A DNA stretch of 64,000 nt from Synechococcales cyanobacterium VAR_4_metabat_354 (lineage in GTDB: Bacteria; Cyanobacteriota; Cyanobacteriia; Cyanobacteriales; Chamaesiphonaceae), in contig JANOQI010000033.1 in NCBI GenBank assembly GCA_031414775.1, forward strand, positions 30,581 to 94,580. Direction: 5' to 3'. Positions within the stretch are counted from its first letter, which is position 1. Each line of letters starts with the position of its first letter. A model generated the notes under the pieces. The model was not told where the DNA came from. It searched no databases and saw only the letters and a program-made list of their open reading frames with translations. Both the position numbers and the translations under genes were made by a program. Below, one piece after another: positions 53,818-62,941 of this stretch.

Positions 53818-54900
53818 GTGTCTCAGTCTTCAGGTAAGCTTCTCATTGCTGCTAGTGGTACTGGTGGCCACCTTTTCCCGGCGGTGGCCGTCGCCGAAAA
53901 ATTGACAGATCTAAAAATTGAGTGGCTGGGCGTACCCGATCGACTAGAAACAAAGTTGGTACCAAAGCAATACCCCATGAATTTAATCCGGGTGCGCGGT
54001 TTTCAGGGTAAGTCTATGGTCGCCAATCTGCAAACAGCTTGGTTACTGACCACCGCTATTTTCACCACCAGAAAGATTCTTAAAGCTGGCAAATTCACCG
54101 GGGTTTTCAGTACTGGTGGCTATATTTCAGCCCCAGCTATTTTGGCCGCGCGCAGTTTGGGGTTGCCAGTGATTTTGCACGAGTCTAATGCTCTACCTGG
54201 TAAAGTGACGCGGTGGTTAAGCCCCTTTTGTACGAGGGTGGCGCTGGGTTTTAGCAGTGCTTCTAAATATTTGCAAAAATCCGCCAATGTCTATTTAGGC
54301 ACTCCGGTGCGCCAACAGTTTCTCCAGCGCCAAAAACTCGATCTAGCCATTCCGCCTGATATGCCGGTGATTTTAGTGGCGGGTGGCTCTCAGGGTGCAG
54401 TAGCTCTCAATAACATTGTCAGGGAATGTGCCCCCGCTTGGATTGCCGCCGGAGCTTTCATTGTGCATTTGACTGGTGATAAAGATCCCAGCTCACAGGC
54501 GTTGACCGATCCCCACTATCTAACGCTCTCTTTTTATGACAACATGGCCGGACTGCTCCAGCGCACGACGATGGCAATTAGTCGATCGGGTGCGGCCACG
54601 CTAAATGAATTAATGGTCTGCCGGGTGCCGTCGATTTTGATTCCATATCCCTTTGCCGCTGAAGATCACCAATATGTGAATGCCAGTTGTTTAGCATTAG
54701 AAGGAGGCGCAATCGTTTTTCGCCAGGAAGATTTAACGGCGGCTGTTCTCACCCAAGAGGTTTTAGATTTGCTACAATCTCCCCAGCGACTCCAAACCAT
54801 GGCTTACAATACCGCCAATATGGGGATTCTCAATAGCGCCGATCTACTAGCAGACCTAGTGCGAGAGTTAATGAGTCTGTCACCAGCAACCAAATCCTAA
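53818..54900 (+). CDS. murG: Undecaprenyl-PP-MurNAc-pentapeptide GlcNAc transferase
   Basis: SGTGGHLFP, HESN, GGSQGA, SRSGA, AEDHQYVNA. Confidence 0.96.
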   Translation: MSQSSGKLLIAASGTGGHLFPAVAVAEKLTDLKIEWLGVPDRLETKLVPKQYPMNLIRVRGFQGKSMVANLQTAWLLTTAIFTTRKILKAGKFTGVFSTGGYISAPAILAARSLGLPVILHESNALPGKVTRWLSPFCTRVALGFSSASKYLQKSANVYLGTPVRQQFLQRQKLDLAIPPDMPVILVAGGSQGAVALNNIVRECAPAWIAAGAFIVHLTGDKDPSSQALTDPHYLTLSFYDNMAGLLQRTTMAISRSGAATLNELMVCRVPSILIPYPFAAEDHQYVNASCLALEGGAIVFRQEDLTAAVLTQEVLDLLQSPQRLQTMAYNTANMGILNSADLLADLVRELMSLSPATKS

Positions 54901-54919
54901 AACACCGAGATTTTTGACC

Positions 54920-55204
54920 ATGGCTAAAGCAACTTGGAAAGGCGTAGTAATTGCAGAGAGCGATCGAACCGAAGTTGTCGATGGCAATCATTACTTTCCA
55001 CCCACCAGCATTCATCAGCAATACTTTCAGCCCAGCAGTACCCACACCACCTGTAGCTGGAAAGGTTTGTGCAGTTACTACAATATAGTGGTCGATGGCA
55101 ACACCAATGCCGATGCGGCTTGGTACTATCCTACCCCCAAAGATGCGGCTCAAAATATTGCTGGCTTCGTGGCTTTTTGGAAAGGGGTGCAGGTAGAGTC
55201 TTGA
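54920..55204 (+). CDS. DUF427 protein
   Basis: VDGNHYFPP, CSWKG.CSYY, AAWYYPTP. Confidence 0.9.
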   Translation: MAKATWKGVVIAESDRTEVVDGNHYFPPTSIHQQYFQPSSTHTTCSWKGLCSYYNIVVDGNTNADAAWYYPTPKDAAQNIAGFVAFWKGVQVES

Positions 55205-55572
55205 TTATCAGCAGTGCCGAAATCAGCAGATTGCAGTCCCAGTTGGCCGATCATCCAGATGCTTTAACCGCTCTGGCAATTATTGCCGACTGTGAAGGTG
55301 ATATTGAAGATGCCGCCATGACACTGGGGATCAGGGCTGGGCAACAACCTGGTCTAGATAATAGTGCTTGGCTACCGGCGATTGCCAAACGGTGTCGAGC
55401 AGCGCTGTGTCAAGAAGATCTACGGCTAGATTTAATGAACGGCAACTGGGTCGCAGCGCTGCATTTTTTGCAAACCCATAAAGTTTGCCCCAGCTTATTA
55501 GCCGTACCAGTATTGCTATATGTAGACAGTGTGGGAATAAACCGATTTTGTGAGCCGTTAGATCGACCATAG
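55201..55572 (+). CDS. Conserved hypothetical protein
   Basis: TTG start overlapping DUF427 stop; DCEGDIEDAA, G..RFCEPL. Confidence 0.7.
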   Translation: MIISSAEISRLQSQLADHPDALTALAIIADCEGDIEDAAMTLGIRAGQQPGLDNSAWLPAIAKRCRAALCQEDLRLDLMNGNWVAALHFLQTHKVCPSLLAVPVLLYVDSVGINRFCEPLDRP

Positions 55573-55593
55573 TGTGATATAGTTGAGAACCAT

Positions 55594-55673
55594 GCGGACG
55601 TGGCGGAATGGTAGACGCGCTAGTCTTAGGAACTAGTATCTTGTATGTGGGAGTTCGAGTCTCCCCGTCCGCA
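55594..55673 (+). tRNA. tRNA-Leu (UAG)
   Basis: GCGGACGTGGCGGAATGGTAGACGCG-CTAGT-CT-TAG-GA-ACTAG, variable arm, GTTCGAGTC, CGTCCGCA. Confidence 0.96.
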
Positions 55674-55692
55674 TTTTAGAAGGTAAGTAACA

Positions 55693-56661
55693 TTACTGTT
55701 GAGCATTTGCCATTACCACTCGATCGCGACCCTGATCTTTGGCTTGATATAAAGCTCGATCGGAAGCACCAATCAAATGAGCACTATCTATTTGGGGAGT
55801 AGGATAAACCATCGCTACTCCCAAACTCATGCTGACATAATTCCCCACTGCTGAGCTTTTGTGCGGGATCTTCAATAATTTAATCGCGGCTCTCACACTT
55901 TCTGCCACAAATACTGCGCCTAAAATATCAGTATTGGGAAGCACGATCACAAATTCTTCCCCCCCATAACGAGCCAATAAGTCGCCACTGCGGCGCACCG
56001 TATTACGCATGGCCGCACTCACTTTAATCAGGCATTGGTCGCCAGCGGGATGGCCATAAGCATCGTTGTAGTTTTTAAAAAAGTCGATATCACACATGAT
56101 CAGTGACAGCGGTGAGCCAAGCCGCAGCATCCGCTCCCACTGCTGCTGCAAGTACTGCTCAAAACCACGCCGATTGTTTAATTTAGTGAGACTATCTAAA
56201 CTGGCTAAAATCTTGAGCTGCCGATTGTCTTGTTGTAATTCTTCGGCAATCCGCAACTTGTCTTGGACTTGTTGGGACTGCTGGAGCATATTCCGAATCC
56301 GCTGACGCAGAATCGCTAAGTTGACCGGCTTCGTGATGTAGTCATTAGCTCCAGCGGCAAAAGCCCTCTCGACAGAATGGTCATCGTCTAAAGACGTAAT
56401 CATCAGAATAGGTGTCAAGCGGTTAACATCTAGCTGTTTGAGCTTTTCACAAAATTCAAAGCCATCCAATAAAGGCATCACAGCATCAACCAACACTAGG
56501 TCTGGTTGATACTTAAAGTAGGCATCAATTCCATCATTGCCATTTTTAGCTAAAATCACTTCAGCAGCATCTAATTCTAATGCTTCACTGATAGTAGCTC
56601 GCACGACTAAATCATCATCAATCAGTAATATTTTGGGTGGTTTTGGCAGTTCAATAACCAT
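55693..56661 (-). CDS. REC-GGDEF diguanylate cyclase response regulator
   Basis: LLIDDD..D..KP receiver; DIDFFK.YND.YGH, RSGD I-site, GGEEF. Confidence 0.92.
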   Translation of the reverse strand: MVIELPKPPKILLIDDDLVVRATISEALELDAAEVILAKNGNDGIDAYFKYQPDLVLVDAVMPLLDGFEFCEKLKQLDVNRLTPILMITSLDDDHSVERAFAAGANDYITKPVNLAILRQRIRNMLQQSQQVQDKLRIAEELQQDNRQLKILASLDSLTKLNNRRGFEQYLQQQWERMLRLGSPLSLIMCDIDFFKNYNDAYGHPAGDQCLIKVSAAMRNTVRRSGDLLARYGGEEFVIVLPNTDILGAVFVAESVRAAIKLLKIPHKSSAVGNYVSMSLGVAMVYPTPQIDSAHLIGASDRALYQAKDQGRDRVVMANAQQ

Positions 56662-56852
56662 ACTAATTGCTAACTTTCGTTATTTTAAAAAATGTGTTGG
56701 CAGGCCGATGAGTGAAAATATAAATGGTAAGTTTCAGATTTAGTCAACGTTCCCTAGTGTACCCTAGCCGATTGTCTAAATTAGCATCGCTGATCATGCT
56801 TTGTGGTGACCTGTCATATTTTTTCTTGTACAAATTAGGGTAATTGAACTCC

Positions 56853-58340
56853 ATGCCAAAATCAAAGTTGTTGCGGTTTCAAACTTGGTGTTGGGGGTGT
56901 AGTTTGTGGTCTGGCCTAGCAATTGACCCAATGATGATGCCTGCTGGTGCTCAAAGTCCGCCAGTCGCCATTTGTCCAGCAGCGATCGATCGAACCATCC
57001 AAAGTGTGGCTAGCCGCTATAACTTGCAGCGTTATCACTGGGGTTTATATGTACAGCCACTGACCGGAGCAGCTCCCTTAGCCAACTATCAAGGACAGAG
57101 CCTATTTATCCCCGCTTCTACCACCAAGCTACTGACTACGGCGGCCACCCTGCGCCAGCTGGGGAGCCAATATCGCTTGCGTACCAGCATTTATCAGACT
57201 CCAGCTGGCAATGCTCTAGCGCCGACTTTGACGGTAGTAGGACGGGGCGACCCGACGATGACCATTAATCAGCTGAAGAGTCTGAGTGAACAGCTCAAGA
57301 TTAAAGGTTTCCGGCAGATTGCCCAGCTAAACATTGGAGCTGGCTATTTTCGGGGATCAAGCACTAACCCAGACTGGGAATGGGGAGATTTAACTACTGA
57401 TTATGGGGTGCCTACTACTAGTTTGATCTTGCAGCAAAATGCGGTGGATTTGGTAGTTAGCCCCCGACAAACTGGCCAGCCCGTCAGCTATAGCTGGCGG
57501 AATCCACTCAGTGCTGCACATTGGCAACTTGATAATCGCAGTTTAACTGGGCCCGTCAGCAGCGCCAATAATATTAATGTGCAGGGTGTGATCGGCAAGC
57601 CTTGGTTACAGCTCAATGGCCAACTACCCGCCAATAGCAATCCCCAAACTTTGAATGTGGCGATGCTTGATCCGATCGATACCTGGCGCAGTCAGTTTCA
57701 GTCTAATTTGATGCAGCAGGGCATTAATGTCAATCGGACTCAAGTGCTAACCGGAGAACCACCTCAAGGCGGTGTCGAAGTAGCCGCTGTTGAATCCCCC
57801 ACCCTAGGTGAGTTAATCAAGGAAATTAATCACCAAAGCAATAATTTGTATGCCGAAGTCCTACTACGCACCTTGGGTCGAGCAAACCCCAGCCATGCGA
57901 CCAGCAAAAATGATACCGCCGATTTGGGTTTAGAAATGGTCAGCAAAAAACTCACCGAAATTGGAGTCTCGCCCGCTTATTATCGGCAAGCCGATGGCTC
58001 CGGTCTGTCGCGCAAGAATTTGATAGCTCCGATCGGTTTAGTGCAAACCCTAATTGGCATGTCTAAGACTCCAGAGGGTCAACTCTACCGCGATTCCCTA
58101 GCTGTGGCGGGAGTAAATGGCACTTTAACCAATCGATTCAAGGATAACAAAAACATTATTCAGGGCAAAACTGGTAGTTTGACTGGGGTGGCGGCCTTGG
58201 CTGGTTATATCAATCCGCCCCAGTACCAACCGTTAGCTTTCAGCATCATCGTCAACAATCACGATCGACAAAACAGCGAAATTAGGGCGGCGATGGATGA
58301 AATGGTGGGTACCTTTGCCAAGCTGCGCTCTTGTTCCTAG
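56853..58340 (+). CDS. dacB: D-alanyl-D-alanine carboxypeptidase/endopeptidase (PBP4)
   Basis: PASTTK, SNN, DGSGLSR, GKTG. Confidence 0.92.
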   Translation: MPKSKLLRFQTWCWGCSLWSGLAIDPMMMPAGAQSPPVAICPAAIDRTIQSVASRYNLQRYHWGLYVQPLTGAAPLANYQGQSLFIPASTTKLLTTAATLRQLGSQYRLRTSIYQTPAGNALAPTLTVVGRGDPTMTINQLKSLSEQLKIKGFRQIAQLNIGAGYFRGSSTNPDWEWGDLTTDYGVPTTSLILQQNAVDLVVSPRQTGQPVSYSWRNPLSAAHWQLDNRSLTGPVSSANNINVQGVIGKPWLQLNGQLPANSNPQTLNVAMLDPIDTWRSQFQSNLMQQGINVNRTQVLTGEPPQGGVEVAAVESPTLGELIKEINHQSNNLYAEVLLRTLGRANPSHATSKNDTADLGLEMVSKKLTEIGVSPAYYRQADGSGLSRKNLIAPIGLVQTLIGMSKTPEGQLYRDSLAVAGVNGTLTNRFKDNKNIIQGKTGSLTGVAALAGYINPPQYQPLAFSIIVNNHDRQNSEIRAAMDEMVGTFAKLRSCS

Positions 58341-58354
58341 GTAAATTAAATTGC

Positions 58355-59131
58355 TTACAACTTAACAACTGGCCAATCAGCTTCCCGGTGGTAATTGCTC
58401 ATGTCGCTAAAACGCCGCAATTCCACTTGGGAAATCGATAGCTCTTGCGGCTGATCAATCCACTGAAGATTAAGATCCTGTAAGAGATTGGAGAAATTAG
58501 TGCGATCGAAGGTTTGTGCCACGTTCCCAAAATAGGCAATGGTAATATGCGCCGTGAAATAATACTGCTGCTCAATGCTTAAATCCATCAAACCCGGATT
58601 TTGATAAATCGTACGCCGATAAGCAATCATTCGATCGTAGCTATTTTCGTCGCAGGGCACTAGGCTAACGGCAATCGCCCGAGGTCGCAACATTAAACCC
58701 ATTATTTGCCAACGCACTGGCGTAGAATTGCTGTCTTGGTAAGACTGAGAGCTATCCGCAATCTGCTGGCAGAGTTTCGCCTCAAAACTAGCATCAGCGT
58801 TGACTGCTGCCGTATAAGACTGATCCCAAATCAGATCAGCCACGGTCAGATGTAAACTTTCTGGCGTCACCAAGGCGATTAAATCTGGCTCCAAATTTTT
58901 GACCAACTGCTGCTGGCAATCTTGCAAATTTTGATAGAAAGCTTGATTGGCAGCGTCCACAGCCGCCGGGGGTGTAATTACCGAGTAGCCGGGAAAGTTC
59001 TCTGGCAACCGCTGCTGCCCCTGAAGCTTAAACTTAGGAGACTCCTGAAGGTTGTTTATCTGAGAATCATAAGTGGCTGGCATTGTCAGCTTGGCCACCC
59101 GATTGAGATAGCTGTGATAATTATCGTCCAC
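58355..59131 (-). CDS. DUF1868-like 2H phosphoesterase family protein
   Basis: Two HxT motifs (HLT, HIT); likely GTG start at 59131. Confidence 0.75.
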   Translation of the reverse strand: MDDNYHSYLNRVAKLTMPATYDSQINNLQESPKFKLQGQQRLPENFPGYSVITPPAAVDAANQAFYQNLQDCQQQLVKNLEPDLIALVTPESLHLTVADLIWDQSYTAAVNADASFEAKLCQQIADSSQSYQDSNSTPVRWQIMGLMLRPRAIAVSLVPCDENSYDRMIAYRRTIYQNPGLMDLSIEQQYYFTAHITIAYFGNVAQTFDRTNFSNLLQDLNLQWIDQPQELSISQVELRRFSDMSNYHREADWPVVKL

Positions 59132-59252
59132 TGTTGATCGTCTCCTGGGCTGTTGTCGGTAATCAGGCCGAATATAATTTTTCAAACAATTCATTCGATG
59201 CCCACCTATCCAAGATATCGGATTAGGGGACGAGATTTCTAGAGTTTTTTCT

Positions 59253-60266
59253 TTACATTTGGTTTATTACTGGATTTACCACTGGCTGCCCACCACCACT
59301 AAAAACTCTGCCGATCACCTCTTCCACTGGCGGATCAGTCACTGCTAAGTCTGTAACCGGTAGATTTGCCAGCATTCTGGCCACATTGGTGGTGAGGTCG
59401 CGCCGATCGACTAACAACCGCACCTGATGCTCAGTCAAGTCAGCGACTTCGCCATATTCTGCCAATTGCGCAGCCGGAATGCTGTGAGACAACTCTAGCT
59501 TTACTTCTCGGTAGGGGGCAAACTGCTCTAACAATTCACTGAGTTCCCCGTCGTAAATCAGCTGACCACTGTGAATCAATAGCACTCGATCGCACAGCGC
59601 TGTAATGTCGGCCATGTAATGACTGGTGAGCATGATGGTAGCTTGGTAGCGCTGGTTGTAGTCTTTCAGAAACTCCCGGACATTCACCTGGGCGTTGACA
59701 TCTAAGCCCAGGGTGGGTTCGTCCAGAAATAGTACCTGGGGACGATGCAGCAACGCCGCTAGGATTTCGGCTTTCATCCGTTCGCCTAAAGAGAGTTTGC
59801 GGACAGGCTGGGTAAGTTTACCCTCAATCAATAGCATTTCGCTCAGTTCACCGACCCGTTGTTTGAACTCGCCCTCGCTGAGACCGTAGACAGCGCTGTT
59901 GATCCGCAGAGAATCCATCGCTGGTAAATCCCAAATCAGCTGCTGCTTTTGTCCCATAATTAGGGTGATTTGCTGGAGAAAGCCATTTTGTCGCCGGTAG
60001 GGAATATAATCGGCGACCCGCACCAGACCAGCGGAAGGATGGATCAGGCCGGTAAGCATTTTGAGGGTAGTGGTTTTCCCGGCACCATTGGCTCCTAAGA
60101 AACCAACGACTTCACCTGGTTCGATCGAGAAAGATACATTCTGGACGGCGGGGATTTGTTTGTAGCGACGTTTGAAAAAATGCGACAGGGTACCCTGGAT
60201 GCCAGCTTCTTTGTCAGCCACTTTATAGATTTTGGATAGGCTTTCAACCTGAATAATTGGTGTCAT
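59253..60266 (-). CDS. ABC transporter ATP-binding protein
   Basis: GANGAGKT, LSLGERMK, LDEPT, TSH. Confidence 0.92.
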   Translation of the reverse strand: MTPIIQVESLSKIYKVADKEAGIQGTLSHFFKRRYKQIPAVQNVSFSIEPGEVVGFLGANGAGKTTTLKMLTGLIHPSAGLVRVADYIPYRRQNGFLQQITLIMGQKQQLIWDLPAMDSLRINSAVYGLSEGEFKQRVGELSEMLLIEGKLTQPVRKLSLGERMKAEILAALLHRPQVLFLDEPTLGLDVNAQVNVREFLKDYNQRYQATIMLTSHYMADITALCDRVLLIHSGQLIYDGELSELLEQFAPYREVKLELSHSIPAAQLAEYGEVADLTEHQVRLLVDRRDLTTNVARMLANLPVTDLAVTDPPVEEVIGRVFSGGGQPVVNPVINQM

Positions 60267-60370
60267 ACATTCTCTGGGGCGGTGGCTTTTACAATCTAAC
60301 ACGGCTCCATATATCGTCTGCACGGGTTCGGAGGAGAGGTTTTATGCGTTGGCGTAGCCTCTCGCAAGAG

Positions 60371-60429
60371 AATCGATTCCGCACAATTCTAATAATCTCA
60401 ATCAAACCCGCCCTCGCCCACAAACAATC
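60371..60429 (+). repeat. 59-bp direct repeat, copy 1
   Basis: 54/59 identical to 61024-61082. Confidence 0.9.
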
Positions 60430-60463
60430 GTCACTATCTACAAATCCCAACAATAGATAACAT

Positions 60464-60730
60464 TCAGGAATTGTAATGATATCGACATGAAATAATGGTT
60501 AGGTATTCATCTTCAACAGCATAAATTAAACGATTTGTATCATCAATGCGTCGCGACCAAAAGCCAGATAAATTTTCCCGTAATGGTTCAGGCTTGCCGA
60601 TGCCTTCAAATGGATCGCGCATCGTTTCTTCGATCAGTTTATTAATTCGTTTTAGCGTCTTTTTATCTTGTCCTTGCCAATAAATATAATCATCCCAGGC
60701 TTCATCCGTCCAAGCCAGTTTTCTATTCAT
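60464..60730 (-). CDS. yoeB: YoeB/Txe family toxin
   Basis: AWDDYIYWQ, GIGKPEPL, WSRRI, CRYHY. Confidence 0.93.
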   Translation of the reverse strand: MNRKLAWTDEAWDDYIYWQGQDKKTLKRINKLIEETMRDPFEGIGKPEPLRENLSGFWSRRIDDTNRLIYAVEDEYLTIISCRYHYNS

Positions 60731-60977
60731 CTAGCAAGTCTCGTTCTACTGCTTTGCCTGCTCTGAACTGAGCGATCGATCTTTCTAGATGAGCCGCATT
60801 TGCAGGAGATTTCAATAAATGAACCGTCTCCATCAGGCTATTAAATGACTCTAGCGACATTACCACTACGTCATCAGCATCGCGGCGAGTGACGATCGTA
60901 TAGTCTGCATCCTCTACTACTCGATCGAGTACTGTCTTGAGGCTATTTCTTGCTTCGCTAAAGGATACAACTTTCAT
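60723..60977 (-). CDS. yefM: YefM/Phd family antitoxin
   Basis: SFSEARNSLK, ETVHLLKSPANAAHL. Confidence 0.92.
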   Translation of the reverse strand: MKVVSFSEARNSLKTVLDRVVEDADYTIVTRRDADDVVVMSLESFNSLMETVHLLKSPANAAHLERSIAQFRAGKAVERDLLDE

Positions 60978-60985
60978 AAGCTCAC

Positions 60986-61009
60986 ACTTGTACAATTTTT
61001 AGTACAAGT
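60986..61009. promoter_or_regulatory. yefM-yoeB operator palindrome
   Basis: ACTTGTAC-N8-GTACAAGT immediately upstream of yefM. Confidence 0.7.
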
Positions 61010-61023
61010 ATAGCATCATCAAT

Positions 61024-61082
61024 AATCGATTCCGCATAATTCTAATAATCTCGATCGAACCCGCCCTCACCCACAAGCAATC
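61024..61082 (+). repeat. 59-bp direct repeat, copy 2
   Basis: 54/59 identical to 60371-60429. Confidence 0.9.
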
Positions 61083-61083
61083 T

Positions 61084-61170
61084 ATCGAACATCATCATTT
61101 ACACACGATCGATCAAACATTACCATCCCTGAAATGAGATCGAACGTCATCATTTACATACGATCAATCA
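61084..61170 (+). repeat. Pair of 32-bp imperfect direct repeats
   Basis: atcgaac(a/g)tcatcatttaca(c/t)acgatc(g/a)atca at 61084 and 61139. Confidence 0.8.
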
Positions 61171-61241
61171 CCACCAATCTCGATTCAACAATAGACTCAA
61201 TCAATCAAAATAATTTAGTCGCTTCTACCGCGTAGGCGTAC

Positions 61242-61550
61242 TCAATTCATTCCAGTCAAATGTCTAATAATAAGATCTAGCTTGCCATTCATTTCAGTAC
61301 TAACATCATCGATCTGCTGCTTTATGCGTTGATTACTCTGTTTGACTCCATCAACTTCAATCGCCAAACTATCAACTTTATAGTGTAGATCTGTCATGTC
61401 TTGATACACACGATCAAATGACCGTCTAATGTAATCGTTTGGTACGGTGGTTCGTTCTATCCGAGATAGCCGCTCTTCTAGTCTAGCCAGTCTAGCTTCG
61501 ACTTCTCGCTGGTGTGGTCTGTCTTCTGGAGAATCGTTTGCTTGAGTCAT
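61242..61550 (-). CDS. Small coiled-coil hypothetical protein
   Basis: 102 aa heptad-rich ORF ending KLDLIIRHLTG. Confidence 0.65.
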   Translation of the reverse strand: MTQANDSPEDRPHQREVEARLARLEERLSRIERTTVPNDYIRRSFDRVYQDMTDLHYKVDSLAIEVDGVKQSNQRIKQQIDDVSTEMNGKLDLIIRHLTGMN

Positions 61551-61806
61551 GGTATGAAAGAGGCAAATCCTTACTATGTGACAATTCTAGCATTGGATTT
61601 TCAAAAGTGGTTTTAAATTTTCGATCAACAGTGAACTCGATCGAAATAATTAAATCGCGATCAATACACGGCTCCACAAGGATTCAAGTTGGTACCAGCT
61701 TTCATCCGAATAGCTCTAGAGATTTTTATACTCATAAATAGTTAGATAGCATTCATATTAGGGATAACTAGCTAATAAAGATACAACAATCTAAGGTGGT
61801 TAGTCT

Positions 61807-62526
61807 ATGTCCTCTGATAATCTCCAGGAAGCAGCTAGAAAAGGCGATTTATCTGCAATCGCTGATTTAGTCAAACAAGAATTCACTAGTCATGAAGTTC
61901 ATGTAAAAGCTGAAATGCTTCTTGGAAAAATACTTTGGATAAAGTTAAATGATAATAAATGCAGCGCTTTTAGTTCTCGAAATAGTATAAATATTGTTGC
62001 TAAAGCATTAGATAGTATTAAGCCGGAGAAGATCACTGCTGTTAGGGTTTCTGGGATTTCTCCTCAAAACTCTTCTCAGCAGATTTGGGATAAGTATCTT
62101 GCTCTTCAACAAGGTGAATTTATTGATCGAACGAAGGAAACCAACCTTATTGTTATTATTTTATTTGGATTAGTGGTTTTTGGGGTATTGCGCAACACTA
62201 TGTGGAAAAATAATCCTACGGCTTCTTCTGCCCCAGTTGTTACTATCCATTCGACGACCCCTGTACAAGTCACAAGTTCAGATCAAGAAGCTCAATCCAT
62301 TTTAAGTGAAATAAAACAAAAATATGGTTTCTCGCATTTTGTTGATACATGGGGTTTAGGGACAAAAGGTTTATTTCTACCTGAAACAGCTTGGGATAAT
62401 TTATCCACCGGTCAGCAAAATGTATTAATTAACTATGCTCAATCTAAAAATTTCAAAGCGATTATAATCGGTGCACAGCTTGCACCTAACAATATTGCAT
62501 TAGACCGTACAGTATGGGGTGATTAA
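61807..62526 (+). CDS. Hypothetical bitopic membrane protein
   Basis: N-terminal ARKGDLSAIA domain, central TM LIVIILFGLVVFGVL, S/T linker. Confidence 0.7.
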   Translation: MSSDNLQEAARKGDLSAIADLVKQEFTSHEVHVKAEMLLGKILWIKLNDNKCSAFSSRNSINIVAKALDSIKPEKITAVRVSGISPQNSSQQIWDKYLALQQGEFIDRTKETNLIVIILFGLVVFGVLRNTMWKNNPTASSAPVVTIHSTTPVQVTSSDQEAQSILSEIKQKYGFSHFVDTWGLGTKGLFLPETAWDNLSTGQQNVLINYAQSKNFKAIIIGAQLAPNNIALDRTVWGD

Positions 62527-62634
62527 TATTAATCCTTGATACATCTCTTGGGTCGCGCTAGTAAGCTAGGCGCTCTGCACGGTCTAGAATTCAGCAACTT
62601 TCCAGTGAATTATAACCATCCACGTATATGACAA

Positions 62635-62829
62635 CTATAAATCTTGCCATGCCCCTTCTTCTTCTGGCTTTAACCAGTCTTCTGAGAGGAACGCTTCACT
62701 AAGTAAAGTAGTTTCCATTACCCCTTGCTGATGCTTAGTTTTCAGATATTGTAAATAATCCAAGACCTCAATCAAAATTTGATCGGGCGTGTTTTCAGTT
62801 TCCTGGATAATTTTTTCTCTAATACTCAT
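62635..62829 (-). CDS. DUF2281-like small protein (putative antitoxin)
   Basis: PDQILIEVLDYLQYL, LSE..L.EDWLKPEEE.AWQDL. Confidence 0.7.
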   Translation of the reverse strand: MSIREKIIQETENTPDQILIEVLDYLQYLKTKHQQGVMETTLLSEAFLSEDWLKPEEEGAWQDL

Positions 62830-62941
62830 GTTCAATACCTGACCTACTATCGCGACCTTACTCAATTTTAATCGTCTCAATAAAAAATGGGATGAACTAG
62901 ATCTAAAAAATCCTGTCCATCCCAAAATCCTACAATCCTGC

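Noticed and set aside
60371..61170. Repeats considered as a CRISPR array or integron attC sites
   Set aside because: Only two copies of each, no regular spacers, no cas or integrase gene, no clear attC R-box structure
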